Origin: an uncultured archaeon
GTDB taxonomy: Archaea > Asgardarchaeota > Hermodarchaeia > Hermodarchaeales > Hermodarchaeaceae
Length of the DNA stretch: 64,000 bases
Assembly: GCA_964347045.1 (NCBI GenBank)
Contig: CAYFXC010000001.1
Span: 160,001-224,000 of the forward strand
Reading direction: 5' to 3'
Shown piece by piece: positions 37,632 through 47,715 of this stretch. The notes under the pieces were generated by a model. The model was not told the origin of the DNA. It saw only the letters and a program-made list of their open reading frames with translations, and made no database searches. A program made the position numbers and the translations under genes. Position 1 is the first letter of the stretch; the number at the start of each line of letters is the position of its first letter.

Positions 37632-38327
37632 CTAAACTTCACCATAAATTGCACTTAGAAAAACATGGTCTGCTGAAAAGGGGTCTAAAGATATCCTGTC
37701 TACCACAGTAAATCCTGATTGTGCTAAGGTCTTTTCTTCACGATTAAATATTCGGGTTGGCTTTGCGGTAACATCTATGCTTCGCGCTTTGATTGCCACA
37801 TATGCCGTTCCTCCCGGTTGAAGAAACCTTTTCGCATTTTGAACCAAGATTCTGGCCTGATTAGGCTGTGCGACGTCCTGGTATAGAACATCCACCAACT
37901 GTGGTACTTGAATATAGGATTCTGGATATCTTGCATCTGCCATTATTGGTATCATGTTCTTTCGGCTGGCACAGACTTGAATCAGGTCACGCATCACTCG
38001 AGGAGCAAACTCAATGCAGTATACACGGCCATCAGAACCTATAAGATCCGATACATGACTAGCTGTTGTTCCTGAAGATGCACCCAGATAAAGGACTGAA
38101 CTGTTGGGCGCAAAGGCAAACGCTTCTACACCTCGAATAAGTGCTGCAGAGAGTTTACTTCGGTACGGGTCCCAAATCCGGTACTCGTGAGATTTTTGGG
38201 TGACAATTTGCTCGTTGTAAACGCTAGTTCCTGGGGCTAAGTTTTTAGTAGCTGGTCGTTTTGCACCTGCATCTAGTTGTGCCCAATAAACACCAGGTTT
38301 TTTTGGATCTTCTGTAATGTGAATCAA
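37632..38327 (-). CDS. flpA: Fibrillarin (C/D RNP 2'-O-methyltransferase)
   Basis: YRIWDPYRSKL, VLYLGASSGTT.SH.SD, QDVAQPNQ, IKARSID. Confidence 0.97.
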   Translation of the reverse strand: MIHITEDPKKPGVYWAQLDAGAKRPATKNLAPGTSVYNEQIVTQKSHEYRIWDPYRSKLSAALIRGVEAFAFAPNSSVLYLGASSGTTASHVSDLIGSDGRVYCIEFAPRVMRDLIQVCASRKNMIPIMADARYPESYIQVPQLVDVLYQDVAQPNQARILVQNAKRFLQPGGTAYVAIKARSIDVTAKPTRIFNREEKTLAQSGFTVVDRISLDPFSADHVFLSAIYGEV

Positions 38328-39568
38328 GATTTCTTCCTCCTTGCATTGGTTCGACGTTTTTTCGGTGCGTGAGGTTTGGTTCTTTTTCTATGCTGCTTCC
38401 GCCTTGGAGGGCGTTTTTGGGGTTTAGATGGCACTGTTTTTGGAGCTATAGGATATTTTCGTTTAACTTCTGCAACACGTGAAAGAACATTTTGTTTAAG
38501 ATCATCAGCCACATACTGGCCTGAATACAAATCAATTCGTGCTGCAATAGCGATTTTCCCCGCAAGGATTCGCGCGATTTTTCCTCGTTGCCACCAAGGA
38601 GCCGAATGTATTAGGGTGTGCTGGAAAATAACACCATGTTTTGGAGGTTTTGCTCCAGTTTTTAAAGCACGAAAGAGGGCTTGTTCTGCGCCAAGCACCT
38701 GAATAGTACTTGCTGGAAATCGGGCAAGTTTCTCTATTCCTCCAGCTAATCCAATTAACCGGGCACCAATTACAGGACCTATCAATCCTCTCATGTTTGG
38801 TGCCAGAGCTTGCATCGATTTATCCAGATATTTTTCCAATTGTTCCCTGAATTTGTGAAGGTTTAGAATCTGTTGAGCCAAAGATTGAATCATTTTCATA
38901 TCCTTAACAGAAATTTCTGCGCCCATTGACTGTTTGAGCGATTCTATTTTCACAGATGATTCTTCAATCAACCTAACGAGATCTAAATCGTTTTCAATTT
39001 GATCTCTAGAACCACCATCAGCAACAACCCGTGCTAGGGTTTGACCATTCTCGATAGCATGGGCAGCCTCTGGAAAATGTAAACCATACCACTCTCGAAG
39101 TCGAGACACCATCAGATTTTGCACTTTCTCAACATCATCCAAGGAATTCATCGCCTGGATGACAACTTGGTCACTTTGTTCGGATGCCTCTCGGATTGCG
39201 AGACGAGAAATCCCAATTGCTACTTCATGAAGTAATTTCTCCTCTTTTGAAGACATTATGCGACTTATGAAATTTTGACGCAATTGTCGCCATATCCTTA
39301 CATCTTCATATTCTTGTACGGTAACTTCATATATTCTCGAAAATTCATCCGCAACAATTGGTGATTCAACAAAGAACCGATTTACTTCCTTTGCTCCTAA
39401 AACACGAAAGAACTCCGTAAGTTGAAGATCTTTTTCTCCACGGCGAATTCGATCATGAAATTGAATAATTTCATCCACGGTCTTACCTAGGGATATCTCA
39501 GAGATAATTGAAAACTGCTCGTCAACACAATATAATTTTCCAATACTAAAGACGAGAAACCCATCCAT
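38324..39568 (-). CDS. nop5: C/D RNP protein Nop5 (Nop56/58)
   Basis: RLREWYGLHFPE, APN, PASTIQVLGAE.ALF, PPKHGVIF, RGKIAR.LA.K..IAARID. Confidence 0.96.
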   Translation of the reverse strand: MDGFLVFSIGKLYCVDEQFSIISEISLGKTVDEIIQFHDRIRRGEKDLQLTEFFRVLGAKEVNRFFVESPIVADEFSRIYEVTVQEYEDVRIWRQLRQNFISRIMSSKEEKLLHEVAIGISRLAIREASEQSDQVVIQAMNSLDDVEKVQNLMVSRLREWYGLHFPEAAHAIENGQTLARVVADGGSRDQIENDLDLVRLIEESSVKIESLKQSMGAEISVKDMKMIQSLAQQILNLHKFREQLEKYLDKSMQALAPNMRGLIGPVIGARLIGLAGGIEKLARFPASTIQVLGAEQALFRALKTGAKPPKHGVIFQHTLIHSAPWWQRGKIARILAGKIAIAARIDLYSGQYVADDLKQNVLSRVAEVKRKYPIAPKTVPSKPQKRPPRRKQHRKRTKPHAPKKRRTNARRKKS

Positions 39569-39716
39569 TTTCTTTCACCTATTCGCGTGTGCCTACCAGT
39601 TCAACCCCCTGTAAAAAGATTCCTGAAACCAAAGAGCATGCAAAACCGTCATTTTTCCTTACGGCAAACGGAAATCCTTAAAGCCTAAGATGCAAACACC
39701 GACTCAGTGATACGAA

Positions 39717-39890
39717 ATGCCAGGATCACACGGAAGCTTAACTAAAGCCGGTAAGGTTCGGAGCCAAACCCCCAAGGTTAAAGGTAAAGTACGTGTTACT
39801 CCGATTCCCCGACTACGCAATCGTAGAATTTACACAAAACGCATCTTAAACCAGACTCCTGCTGGACAGCCCAAAGCTGTTCGACGCTAG
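39717..39890 (+). CDS. rps30e: 30S ribosomal protein S30e (below ORF-track size cut-off)
   Basis: Hand translation MPGSHGSLTKAGKVRSQTPKV...PRLRNRRIY.KR. Confidence 0.95.
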   Translation: MPGSHGSLTKAGKVRSQTPKVKGKVRVTPIPRLRNRRIYTKRILNQTPAGQPKAVRR

Positions 39891-39955
39891 TACTTGTGTA
39901 CTGTAGTCTAGCCCTTCTCTTCACGCTTTTCATTTAATATGCGAATTCTTGTCAG

Positions 39956-41551
39956 GTGGCAATTAGGTTGCAACGCGTTGCAGACGAAATACTTCAAGCA
40001 GCATTGTCAGGTAAGATTCAAAGTAAGGTTGACCTTCAGAAACTAAAACGCAAATTGAGCCGAAAATATAATCTCTCACGGTTTCCTTCTGATGTCGAAA
40101 TATTAGGGTACGCAACAGAAGAGGAGAAAGAACAGGTAGGTCATATTTTGCGTAAGAAACCAACCAGAACTCTATCCGGCGTTGTTGTCGTTGCCGTGAT
40201 GGCTGAACCAATGGAATGCCCTGGTCAGTGTATCTACTGTCCAACGAATATCCCTACTGCTCCGAAGGCATATGTTGGAGAAGAACCTGCCACACTAAGA
40301 GCGAGACAAAACGAATATGATCCATATCTTCAAGTAGCAAGTCGCCTAGAACAACTCCAGGCCATGGGTCATAGCATCGATAAAGTCGAATTAATCATAA
40401 TGGGTGGGACATTTCTTTTCGCTTCAGATGAATATCAGCAAGAGTTTGTAAAGCGCTGCCTTGATGCCATGACTGGCCGTGAAGCCCATGATATCGAAGA
40501 AGCAACGAAATTGGCTGAAAAAGCCCCTATTCGCCCGGTTGGAATAACTATTGAAACGCGTCCTGATTACTGCAGAACAACACACGTTGATAGAATGTTA
40601 AATTTAGGAGCAACAAGAGTTGAATTAGGCGTTCAAACCATCTTTGATGACATATATACAGCAATATATCGTGGACATACCGTATCTGATGTTATTAGCG
40701 CGACGCAATTAGCTAAAGACGCGGGGTTGAAAGTGTGTTATCATATCATGCCAGGACTACCTGGATCTTCAAAGAAACGGGATCAACAAGTTTTCAAAGA
40801 TTTATTTTTACGCGAAGAATTTCAACCTGACCTACTCAAAATCTATCCATGTTTAGTATTACGTGGTAGTGACTTGTTCGACCTGTGGCACCAAGGTAAA
40901 TACGTTCCATACTCAACGAATGAAGTGATTGATCTTATCGCGGATGTGATGCCTTCTATTCCCCGTTGGGTACGCATTCAACGTATGCAACGTGATATTC
41001 CTAAACGTCTAATCGTGGCAGGCCCTAATGCAGGAAATTTAACCCAACTCGTTTTCCAACGTGCTGAAAAAAAGGGATACCAGCTACAAACTATCCGATA
41101 TCGCGAGATTGGGTATAAGCAGAGAGCTCAGATATTTCGAAGCCAAAAAGTGCCTGATATCGAATCCTTAGAACTTAGAGTTGATGAATATCCAGCATCC
41201 CAGGGCAGGGAGATATTCCTTGCCTACGAAAACCCCGATCTTGATTCATTAATCGGTTACTTGCGACTTCGGATTCCAAGCGAATTCGCTCATAGACCTG
41301 AAATTAAATTCCACAATGCGGCGCTGCTTCGTGAACTCCATATATATGGTCAGTCAGTTAATCTTGGAACAACTAAAGAGGGTGCATGGCAGCATCGCGG
41401 GGTTGGCGCCCAACTCTTAGGTGCAGCTGAAGAATACGCTCAAAAATATGATCGCCAACGGATTGTCTGTACAAGCGGTATTGGTGCAAGAGAATATTAT
41501 CATCGGCATGGTTATCGGCACGATGGACCATATATGACAAAACGCTTATAG
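39956..41551 (+). CDS. elp3: tRNA uridine(34) acetyltransferase Elp3
   Basis: KPTRTLSGV, CPGQCIYCP, ETRPD, RVELGVQ, KIYPCLV, R.QRDIP, LRELH.YG, WQHRG.G. Confidence 0.96.
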   Translation: MAIRLQRVADEILQAALSGKIQSKVDLQKLKRKLSRKYNLSRFPSDVEILGYATEEEKEQVGHILRKKPTRTLSGVVVVAVMAEPMECPGQCIYCPTNIPTAPKAYVGEEPATLRARQNEYDPYLQVASRLEQLQAMGHSIDKVELIIMGGTFLFASDEYQQEFVKRCLDAMTGREAHDIEEATKLAEKAPIRPVGITIETRPDYCRTTHVDRMLNLGATRVELGVQTIFDDIYTAIYRGHTVSDVISATQLAKDAGLKVCYHIMPGLPGSSKKRDQQVFKDLFLREEFQPDLLKIYPCLVLRGSDLFDLWHQGKYVPYSTNEVIDLIADVMPSIPRWVRIQRMQRDIPKRLIVAGPNAGNLTQLVFQRAEKKGYQLQTIRYREIGYKQRAQIFRSQKVPDIESLELRVDEYPASQGREIFLAYENPDLDSLIGYLRLRIPSEFAHRPEIKFHNAALLRELHIYGQSVNLGTTKEGAWQHRGVGAQLLGAAEEYAQKYDRQRIVCTSGIGAREYYHRHGYRHDGPYMTKRL

Positions 41552-41611
41552 AATTCCCAAACGGGAAAACTTATGCTACCAATTAGCTGTCTTTCATAGG
41601 GGCTACCAACA

Positions 41612-43444
41612 GTGTGTGGAATTATTGGCGCAATTCATACGAAAGGCAATATTGCCTCCTTATTGCGTCAATCTTTGAAGAGATTAGAGTATCGTGGCTA
41701 TGACTCCAGTGGGATCGCTACAGCTTTTGAAGGCGTTTTGTTCATAAAGAAAGATAAGGGCAAAATAGACGACATTCATCACCGCTTGAATTTTGATACA
41801 CTGCCCGGTAGCATAGGAATTGGTCACACTCGATGGGCTACTCATGGAGCGCCTTCTAAATTAAACGCGCATCCTCATACCGATTGTCATAATCGCATTG
41901 CCGTTGTTCATAATGGAATCATTGAAAACTATCAAGAATTACGTGCAAAACTTCTTGCAAATGGACACCAGTTCCTATCTCAGACTGATACAGAAGTAAT
42001 TCCGCACTTGATAGAAGAAGCACTTGAACAAACAAATCATCTTAACGAGGCAGTGGCACAGGTTATTCCACTATTGGAAGGAAGCTATGCCATTGTCGTC
42101 TTGGGGGCTAATGGCACGGAACTAGTGTGCGCCCGAAAAGAAAGTCCATTAGTAATTGGATTGGGTTCCCGCGGGGTCTATTGTGCCTCAGATGTACCTG
42201 CATTCCTACCGATGACACGAAAAACAATCGTAGTTGATGATAACGAGCTTGCTCATCTAACAACCAATGGTGCACTTTTTAGCCGAATGAGCAAATCGGG
42301 TTCGCTTTCCCCGCTTCCTCTTCGTGAACCGACTGTCGTGAAATGGACTATTGACATGGCACAAAAAGGCGGATATCCACATTTTATGTTGAAAGAAATT
42401 CACGAACAACCTCGCGCACTCAGTGATACACTTCGAATTCGAAAAGATGCCCTTGAAGCTTTTGCTGAAATCCTTTACAACCACAGAAATATCATAACCT
42501 TCGCGGCGGGAACCTCTTATCATGCAACTCTTGCAGCCAGATATATGTTCTCACATATCGCAAATCAACTCATACATGGTGTAATCGCCTCAGAAGGATC
42601 AGATACAGTTGCGAAAAGTTTGGGAGAAGACACAGCCGTTTTAGCTGTAACTCAATCCGGAGAAACCATTGATACTTTACATGCTGTTAAACACCTTAAG
42701 AACCAAGGAGCCACGATTTTAACCATAACTAATACTGTAGGCAGCTCAATTACCCGACTTGCTGATACAGTACTCTATACACAGGCTGGTCCTGAAATTG
42801 GTGTAGCGGCTACGAAGACCTTTGCAACACAACTAGCAACACTCGCCTTACTGTCAATTTCATTAGGCACAATGACAGGGGCGCAAACGAAAAAAGAAAG
42901 CCAAGAACTGTACGGAGCACTTGACCAATTTCCAAATCTTATCCAATCCATTATTCGTAATCAAGAGAACATGATTAAACAAACCGCCCAAGAATACATC
43001 ACAGAACCCAGTTTCTTCTTTCTCGGTCGGGGTATTAGCACATCAACCGCAATGGAGGGCGCACTAAAAATAAAAGAAATTGCTTATGTCCATGCGGAAG
43101 GATATCCTGCGGGGGAATCCAAACATGGACCAATTGCCCTTGTTGAACCTGGTTTCCCTGTTGTATTTGTTGCTCCCAATGACCTTACGCGTCGCCATCT
43201 AGAAGGCAATGTTATGGAAATGAAGGCAAGAGGGGCTCAAATCATATCCCTCTGCTCAAATAAAGATCAACAACTAATCGATCTCAGTGATCAGGCAATA
43301 ACCCTCCCAGTACTTCCTTCAATTCACTTTTCGCCAATTAGCTATGTCGTGCCGCTCCAACTTTTAGCATATTATGCAGCCATTTTACGTGGACACAATC
43401 CAGACCAACCGAGAAATCTAGCCAAAGCTGTCACAGTCCTTTGA
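41612..43444 (+). CDS. glmS: Glutamine--fructose-6-phosphate transaminase
   Basis: MCGIIG, LEYRGYDS, GHTRWATHG, QSGET, PRNLAKAVTV. Confidence 0.97.
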   Translation: MCGIIGAIHTKGNIASLLRQSLKRLEYRGYDSSGIATAFEGVLFIKKDKGKIDDIHHRLNFDTLPGSIGIGHTRWATHGAPSKLNAHPHTDCHNRIAVVHNGIIENYQELRAKLLANGHQFLSQTDTEVIPHLIEEALEQTNHLNEAVAQVIPLLEGSYAIVVLGANGTELVCARKESPLVIGLGSRGVYCASDVPAFLPMTRKTIVVDDNELAHLTTNGALFSRMSKSGSLSPLPLREPTVVKWTIDMAQKGGYPHFMLKEIHEQPRALSDTLRIRKDALEAFAEILYNHRNIITFAAGTSYHATLAARYMFSHIANQLIHGVIASEGSDTVAKSLGEDTAVLAVTQSGETIDTLHAVKHLKNQGATILTITNTVGSSITRLADTVLYTQAGPEIGVAATKTFATQLATLALLSISLGTMTGAQTKKESQELYGALDQFPNLIQSIIRNQENMIKQTAQEYITEPSFFFLGRGISTSTAMEGALKIKEIAYVHAEGYPAGESKHGPIALVEPGFPVVFVAPNDLTRRHLEGNVMEMKARGAQIISLCSNKDQQLIDLSDQAITLPVLPSIHFSPISYVVPLQLLAYYAAILRGHNPDQPRNLAKAVTVL

Positions 43445-43506
43445 TACAAAGAGTTAAAGGACTACATTGGTTAGTTCACAACACCTCAAAAAATAGGTGA
43501 AAAGAT

Positions 43507-43737
43507 TTGGCTCGCTGCCCTGAATGTGCTGGGACGATGAAATTCGATCCTAAGAGCAGCCGTCAAGTATGTCAGCGATGTGGCCTTGCCGTATCCCGTG
43601 CCGAGTTGGATCGGTTATGGGATGAACAACGTTCCTCTTTTCGCGAAGAGGATAAAGAACGAGAAAAGTCTCAACGTCGCCGCGACTATCTTGATTGGTG
43701 GCTTGGAAAGAAAGAAAAAGGCAAACGAAAGAAGTAA
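43507..43737 (+). CDS. Small zinc-ribbon protein
   Basis: CPEC...CQRC and a charged tail with YLDWW; AGGTGA upstream. Confidence 0.7.
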   Translation: MARCPECAGTMKFDPKSSRQVCQRCGLAVSRAELDRLWDEQRSSFREEDKEREKSQRRRDYLDWWLGKKEKGKRKK

Positions 43738-43866
43738 ATACACTTCTCTGGGGTTCTAACCTACTCAGTTTTACGTGAGTGTGGAAAATCCTTTTATGGG
43801 CAGCAACTTCATTTCGTGCAGTGAAGCGGCTAGTCTTCACTGATTGACTGTTTCGAGGGTGCGTAC

Positions 43867-45072
43867 GTGGGCGAGAATATCATCGAAAAGGCATTATTAG
43901 GTGCTTCGGTTTTTAAAAACGAAGAGACTCTTCATCCCGCATTCATTCCCCCTGAACTTCCCAAACGCGAGAATCAACTCGTACGGCTTAGCCATACTTT
44001 TAAGTCTTTACTCAACAAGGATGGAGCCTATGCAGTGAACGTTGCTGTTGTTGGCAAACCGGGAACTGGAAAAACGGTTTCTATCCGATATTTTGGGCGT
44101 GGACTAGAAAAAGCTGCTGCGAAGCGTAGCATCAAAGTCCGGTTCGAATATTATGACTGCTTTATGTTTAGAACAAAAAGTGCGATTCTCCGAGATTTAC
44201 TCACTGAACGTTTCAAAGTCACAAGTCGTGGTTTTTCTGATGAGGAAATTACAACAATGATTAATCGACGTCTAACTCGGGAAAATATTCGATTAGTGTT
44301 GTGTCTTGACGAAGCCTATTTACTTGGACAAGATCTTCTCAGCCTTATTCATGCTAGTGAAGTAGCCAAACATGGACAAGCATTTATCTCAACCCTAATA
44401 GCTTGCCGCGTAGTTGATTGGCAAAACACCTTGAGTTTTCCACTTTCAGGTCGACTTCATGACCGAATTGATATGCCATCCTATGATCAAGATGAACTCT
44501 ATAACATCTTTAAATATCGATCAGAGCTGGCGTTTCACAAAGACGTCGTGACCGATGACATTCTCCACATGGTTGCGAACATAGCTGCATCCACGCAGAA
44601 TGCACGTCATGGTATTGAAATGCTGTATTTAGCTGGGAAGGCAGCTGACCGGTACAACGTTCGCCCAATAACTCCTGAACTAATTCGAAGGGCCAAACAA
44701 GAAGTCTATTCAGAATTACGTTCTGATGTTCTCTATGGTCTCCGTGACCAAGAAATACTCGTACTCGCGGCACTTACCCGGGAATTGAAAGCCGAAACGG
44801 CTAGTTCAACTATTATTGCAAAGATCTATGAACGCTATCAGCTAATTTGTGAAGAATTTGGGGTAAAGAAGCAAGCCCTACCAACGTTTCGAAAAACCGT
44901 TGATGCATTAGTGGCTCTAGGTATCATTGGAAAAGTAGTAGAAGGCATCGGAACTGGTCAACGTGGACGACGTGCACGCTTAACTCTCATGGATATCCCA
45001 GTCGAAGTTTTTGATGAGCGCGTTAGTGAAATCTTACAACGCCGTCAATCTATGGAAAGTAATATCGACTGA
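43867..45072 (+). CDS. cdc6: Orc1/Cdc6 replication initiator
   Basis: VFKNE..L.P.F.P..LP.RE, GKPGTGKT, LCLDEA, NAR, C-terminal wHTH with G.RGR. Confidence 0.9.
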   Translation: MGENIIEKALLGASVFKNEETLHPAFIPPELPKRENQLVRLSHTFKSLLNKDGAYAVNVAVVGKPGTGKTVSIRYFGRGLEKAAAKRSIKVRFEYYDCFMFRTKSAILRDLLTERFKVTSRGFSDEEITTMINRRLTRENIRLVLCLDEAYLLGQDLLSLIHASEVAKHGQAFISTLIACRVVDWQNTLSFPLSGRLHDRIDMPSYDQDELYNIFKYRSELAFHKDVVTDDILHMVANIAASTQNARHGIEMLYLAGKAADRYNVRPITPELIRRAKQEVYSELRSDVLYGLRDQEILVLAALTRELKAETASSTIIAKIYERYQLICEEFGVKKQALPTFRKTVDALVALGIIGKVVEGIGTGQRGRRARLTLMDIPVEVFDERVSEILQRRQSMESNID

Positions 45073-45098
45073 ACACAAACGGATATGAGGGAACAAGG

Positions 45099-45656
45099 AT
45101 GGAAACTCAAAATATGAAAGAAACACTTTGGTTTCAATACGAAAATGCTACAGTGACACTAATTGCATCAAAGACCCTCGAGGAGTTCACAATCAATGAC
45201 TCGACGTATGGTCCTGTGGAAAAAGGTCGGGAATTCGATGTGCCACTGTGGGTAGCCGAAGTATTGGCCTCTAATAACATGGCTCGTTTGAAAGCCCCTG
45301 CATTAGGTGTACCAGACCTCCAAAAGGCCCTTTGGCGGGAAACTGGAGAACCAGTGCTTCAACCATTAACTCCCAATTATTATTTTCAAGTTCGAACCGC
45401 AATAAAACATCTCGCTCATCAAAACAAGAAGTCGCCTAATGATGTTCGATTAGCGGCCCAAACAAAAATGGAAACTTTACTCCGTGACCTTATTGACAAT
45501 AGGTTACTGAAGCTCATGAAATTATCTCTTCGGGAAGAAAGAATACGAGAAACGAAAAAGAAAATGACGGAAGAAGAACGCTGGCTTTTTGACAGACTCG
45601 TCATTCTTTTACGTAATTGGCAAATAGAAGTAATGGAGATTGACATTGGTGACTGA
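45099..45656 (+). CDS. GINS subunit (Gins23/Psf2-like)
   Basis: YGP...G..FDVPLWVAE.L, R..KL..L, MTEEER.LF; directly upstream of mcm. Confidence 0.87.
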   Translation: METQNMKETLWFQYENATVTLIASKTLEEFTINDSTYGPVEKGREFDVPLWVAEVLASNNMARLKAPALGVPDLQKALWRETGEPVLQPLTPNYYFQVRTAIKHLAHQNKKSPNDVRLAAQTKMETLLRDLIDNRLLKLMKLSLREERIRETKKKMTEEERWLFDRLVILLRNWQIEVMEIDIGD

Positions 45657-47715
45657 AGAAATCGACTACATAACCCGATATGAAGAGTTTCTAAAATCTT
45701 ACAAAACAGAAGACGGCGAAACTCCTTACAACGATGCAATCGCGCGGCTTAGTTTGGAAAAACTCATCTCAATATCCATTGATTTCAATCAACTGCTTAC
45801 ATTTGATCCAGAACTAGCCGCTGCAACAAAAGAGAACCCACAAAGATCAATTGAAGCTGCTTCTGCCGCCATCCGTCGCATTCTTCGGGTCGTTGATTCC
45901 GATTATTCTGAAACCATCGAAAACTTACACGCACGCTTCAAAGAAGTCCCTGATCGTGTATCAGTTCGCTTCATCCGAGCTGAACACATTGGTCAATTAA
46001 TCATGGTCGACGCACTTGTCACCCGCGTCAGTGATGTAAAACCGCTTCTCGTGGAAGGTATTTTCCAGTGCCGACAATGTCAAGAAATCCTCTACGTCCA
46101 GCAAGCCAATCAATTCATTCTCCCAACTCTTTGTACTAACGATGCTTGTCGAAGTAAAGGACCATTCGACCTTATCCCTGAACGCTCAAAATTCGTTGAT
46201 TGGCAAAAAATCCGACTTCAAGAGAAACCTGAAGAACTTCCACCAGGCGCCCTCCCGCGAGCGCTTGATTGTGTACTTCAAGATGATTTGGTCGATATCG
46301 CCCGTCCTGGCGACCCCTGTCGTGTCGTTGGCATCTTACGATCAACACAAGACACCACCGCTCGTACACGACGTAAAGCCCCCACCTTCAGCGTCTTCTT
46401 AGCCACCAACTACGTCGAAGTCTCAGAAAGAGAAGCTGATCGTGTCGAAATCGACCCTAAAGAAGAAAAACAAATCCAAAAACTCGCCCAAGACCCACTC
46501 ATCCACCGAAAACTCGTCAACTCCATCGCCCCCTCCATCTACGGGCTCACAGACATCAAAGAAGCCGTGTGCCTCCTCCTTTTCGGTGGAGTTAGCAAAG
46601 TCCTCGCCGATGGCATCAAAATACGTGGCGACTCCAACATCCTTCTCGTAGGAGATCCTGGAACAGCTAAATCGCAACTTTTGAAGTATGTAGCTCAGAT
46701 TGCGCCACGTGGGCTCTATACTTCTGGAAAGGGATCAACCGCTGCGGGTTTAACTGCTGCTGTTCTTCGTGATCCTGATACTGAAGGGTTTGCCTTGGAA
46801 GCAGGTGCTCTTGTTCTCGCTGATCGTGGAACTGCTTGTATCGATGAATTCGATAAGATGCGGCCTCAGGATCGTACGGCAATACATGAATCGATGGAAC
46901 AGCATACTGTGAGTATAGCCAAGGCAGGGATTGTTGCGACGCTGAATGCGCGTACGGCGATTTTAGCTGCCGCGAACCCGAATCTCGGGCGTTATGTGCC
47001 AGAACGGTCGTTTGCGGAGAATGTGAATTTGCCGGTGACCCTTTTGTCACGGTTTGATCTAATTTTTACGCTGACCGATTTGCCTGAAGCAGAACGAGAC
47101 GAACGGACTGCTGAACATATAATCTCTTTACATCAACAGAAGGGTCAATCTAAAGATCCTCCAATTCCAGCGGATTTGCTTAGGAAGTATATCGCGTTTG
47201 CTCGGCGTAGTTTATCACCTAGCCTCTCTGATGAGGCATTGAGTGTGTTGAAAGATTTCTATTTGGGGATGCGGAAATCTGGGGAACGTGAGAATGCACC
47301 AGTACCAATTACAGCACGGCAGTTGGAGTCGCTAATTAGGCTAACGGAGGCACATGCGAAGATGGCGCTTCGTGAAAAGGTTTTGGCTGAAGATGCACAG
47401 GCAGCGGTTCGTCTTGTCCAAGTCTCATTGCAACAGGTTGGGTTTGATGCGGAAACGGGTCAATATGATATTGATAATATTATGATTGGACGTGCCAAAT
47501 CGCAACGGGATAAATTGCAGGCGATTTTGACGATGATTCGAGAACTCGAAAAAGAATCTCCCGGGGGTGTTCCTATCGAGAAGTTGGAAGAACGGGCTGA
47601 GCTAGACGGGGTTTCTGCAGACTTTGTTCGGCAAGCGGTGGTTCAACTTCGTGACAAAGATGGGTTGGTCTTTGAACCTCGTCCCGGGCGTCTGAAGTAT
47701 ATCAAAGGTGCCTAA
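45640..47715 (+). CDS. mcm: Replicative helicase MCM (no intein)
   Basis: CRQC/CTNDAC zinc finger, IAPSIYG, GDPGTAKS, IDEFDKM, AAANP, SRFD, ITARQLE. Confidence 0.98.
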   Translation: MTLVTEEIDYITRYEEFLKSYKTEDGETPYNDAIARLSLEKLISISIDFNQLLTFDPELAAATKENPQRSIEAASAAIRRILRVVDSDYSETIENLHARFKEVPDRVSVRFIRAEHIGQLIMVDALVTRVSDVKPLLVEGIFQCRQCQEILYVQQANQFILPTLCTNDACRSKGPFDLIPERSKFVDWQKIRLQEKPEELPPGALPRALDCVLQDDLVDIARPGDPCRVVGILRSTQDTTARTRRKAPTFSVFLATNYVEVSEREADRVEIDPKEEKQIQKLAQDPLIHRKLVNSIAPSIYGLTDIKEAVCLLLFGGVSKVLADGIKIRGDSNILLVGDPGTAKSQLLKYVAQIAPRGLYTSGKGSTAAGLTAAVLRDPDTEGFALEAGALVLADRGTACIDEFDKMRPQDRTAIHESMEQHTVSIAKAGIVATLNARTAILAAANPNLGRYVPERSFAENVNLPVTLLSRFDLIFTLTDLPEAERDERTAEHIISLHQQKGQSKDPPIPADLLRKYIAFARRSLSPSLSDEALSVLKDFYLGMRKSGERENAPVPITARQLESLIRLTEAHAKMALREKVLAEDAQAAVRLVQVSLQQVGFDAETGQYDIDNIMIGRAKSQRDKLQAILTMIRELEKESPGGVPIEKLEERAELDGVSADFVRQAVVQLRDKDGLVFEPRPGRLKYIKGA

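Noticed and set aside
43738-43866. Classical ORB-containing origin upstream of cdc6
   Set aside because: Gap is only about 130 bp, with no AT-rich unwinding element and only a partial GTGGAAA; no repeated ORB.
46423-46677. Alternative-frame and antisense ORFs in mcm, including the S/P/K-rich one at 46442-46651
   Set aside because: By-products of the extreme C/A third-position bias, not overlapping genes.
45640-47715. Intein in MCM
   Set aside because: Length 691 aa with contiguous Walker motifs; no insertion.
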